Of a stretch of 64,000 nucleotides of DNA, positions 63,148 to 64,000 are shown piece after piece. The stretch spans positions 17,644 to 81,643 of the forward strand of contig JAZDIP010000086.1 in NCBI GenBank assembly GCA_043804925.1, given 5' to 3'. The position numbers and the translations under genes were made by a program. The notes under the pieces are model-generated. The model worked only from the letters and a program-made list of their open reading frames with translations. It was not told the origin of the DNA and ran no database searches. The DNA is from a bacterium. Its GTDB lineage: Bacteria > Bacteroidota > Ignavibacteria > Kapaibacteriales > UBA2268. Position 1 is the first letter of the stretch. The number at the start of each line of letters is the position of its first letter.

Positions 63148-63227
63148 TTACACCTCCCCTAACCCCTCCTTGTTAGGAGTGGAAATTTTTGTTCCCCCTC
63201 TATCAAGAGGGGGTTAGGGGGTGTGTT
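63148..63227. repeat. 80-bp REPIN-like repeat, copy 2
   Basis: Identical to 62650-62729 except one G>T. Confidence 0.9.
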
Positions 63228-63271
63228 CTTCTATTTTTTATTTTCCAATTTCTAAAACCTGGGGTGTGTGA

Positions 63272-64000
63272 TTACTTCATCACCTTCACCACACTCCTCT
63301 TTCCTCCAACATCCACAACTACAAAATAAACTCCTGAGGTCAAATATTCCAAATCCATTTCGATTTCGTTGCCGTATTGTACGGGCACGCCGTTTTGTAC
63401 GGGCACATTGCAATGTGCCCCTACGCCTAAAATGTTATAAATATTTATTTCCGGTTTTGCCAATATTTCTTCATCAAAGAATATTTTTACTTTACCATTA
63501 GCATATGTATATTTTAGTTCATTTAAATTTTTATCTTTTACATGGGTTTCTAACCACTTTGGCCTAAGTAAATTCACAGTCCAAACCATATTAGGTTTTT
63601 GTAAACCAACTGCTGCGATTAAATCATCTTTTGAAACATCAATAAATTGATCAGCTGCATAGAAATATTCATAAGCAACTGAATCTCCTTCTATGTCCCA
63701 AACAATAACTTTTTGAGGATTAAAATCTTCTGTATCAAAAAAAGAAAATATTAAAAAATTGTTATCATTTAAAAAATGAGGAAATCTAACCGAAGGATTT
63801 ATTATGTTTAGCTGCTCTTTATAAATAATAGTTTTATGTAATTTCAAAGTTTCTAAATCCCAAATAAATAAATATTCATGACCTGCAGAATTTGCAACAA
63901 GATATTTACTGTCAATTGAAAAAGAGGGATGATCTAAAGAACCATTTGGATTAGTAAAAATTATTACTTCGTTTAATGTATATAGGTCAACGAGAACAAT
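63272..64000 (-). CDS. WD40/beta-propeller-like secreted protein with T9SS-like CTD; 5' end outside the window
   Basis: Frame open to the window edge: PSFSIDSKYLVA...LFIWDLET...VIVWDIE; C-terminal INIYNILG...LTSGVYFVVV...KVMK. Confidence 0.75.
   Translation of the reverse strand: MVLVDLYTLNEVIIFTNPNGSLDHPSFSIDSKYLVANSAGHEYLFIWDLETLKLHKTIIYKEQLNIINPSVRFPHFLNDNNFLIFSFFDTEDFNPQKVIVWDIEGDSVAYEYFYAADQFIDVSKDDLIAAVGLQKPNMVWTVNLLRPKWLETHVKDKNLNELKYTYANGKVKIFFDEEILAKPEINIYNILGVGAHCNVPVQNGVPVQYGNEIEMDLEYLTSGVYFVVVDVGGKRSVVKVMK
63371..63424 (-). repeat. GTAG-type REP palindrome and 18-bp duplication inside a coding sequence
   Basis: Minus strand GTAGGGGCACATTGCAATGTGCCCGTAC (63397-63424); GCCGT(A/T)TTGTACGGGCAC x2. 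Confidence 0.85.

Overview
AT-rich bacterial chromosome segment from the FCB group. It resembles Ignavibacteria/Kapabacteria or Bacteroidota, inferred from T9SS C-terminal sorting domains and TAnnTTTG promoter motifs. Most genes are housekeeping: sppA, groES/groEL with a CIRCE element, priA, ftsY, radA, obgE, a RelA-like RSH, ispB, ugd, hslUV, tnaA, rho, pepP, nuoLMN, mazG and pyrF. Between them are T9SS cargo genes, two type II TA pairs (BrnTA-like, HicBA) and many small repeats. Main observations: (1) a cluster of three T9SS-secreted lamin-tail / beta-helix / CotH proteins whose CotH domain lacks the catalytic Asp; (2) three more probable pseudo-enzymes (His-less CHASE-PAS kinase, M28 peptidase without Zn ligands, hydrolase-dead RSH); (3) a ~97-bp inverted-repeat element present once empty and once apparently carrying a 237-bp insert with a 13-bp duplication; (4) a DUF559 nuclease between two 80-bp REPIN-like direct repeats; (5) a REP palindrome translated in frame inside a T9SS sorting domain. 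No rRNA, tRNA or CRISPR array was recognised. All calls come from motif reading by eye; no searches were run.
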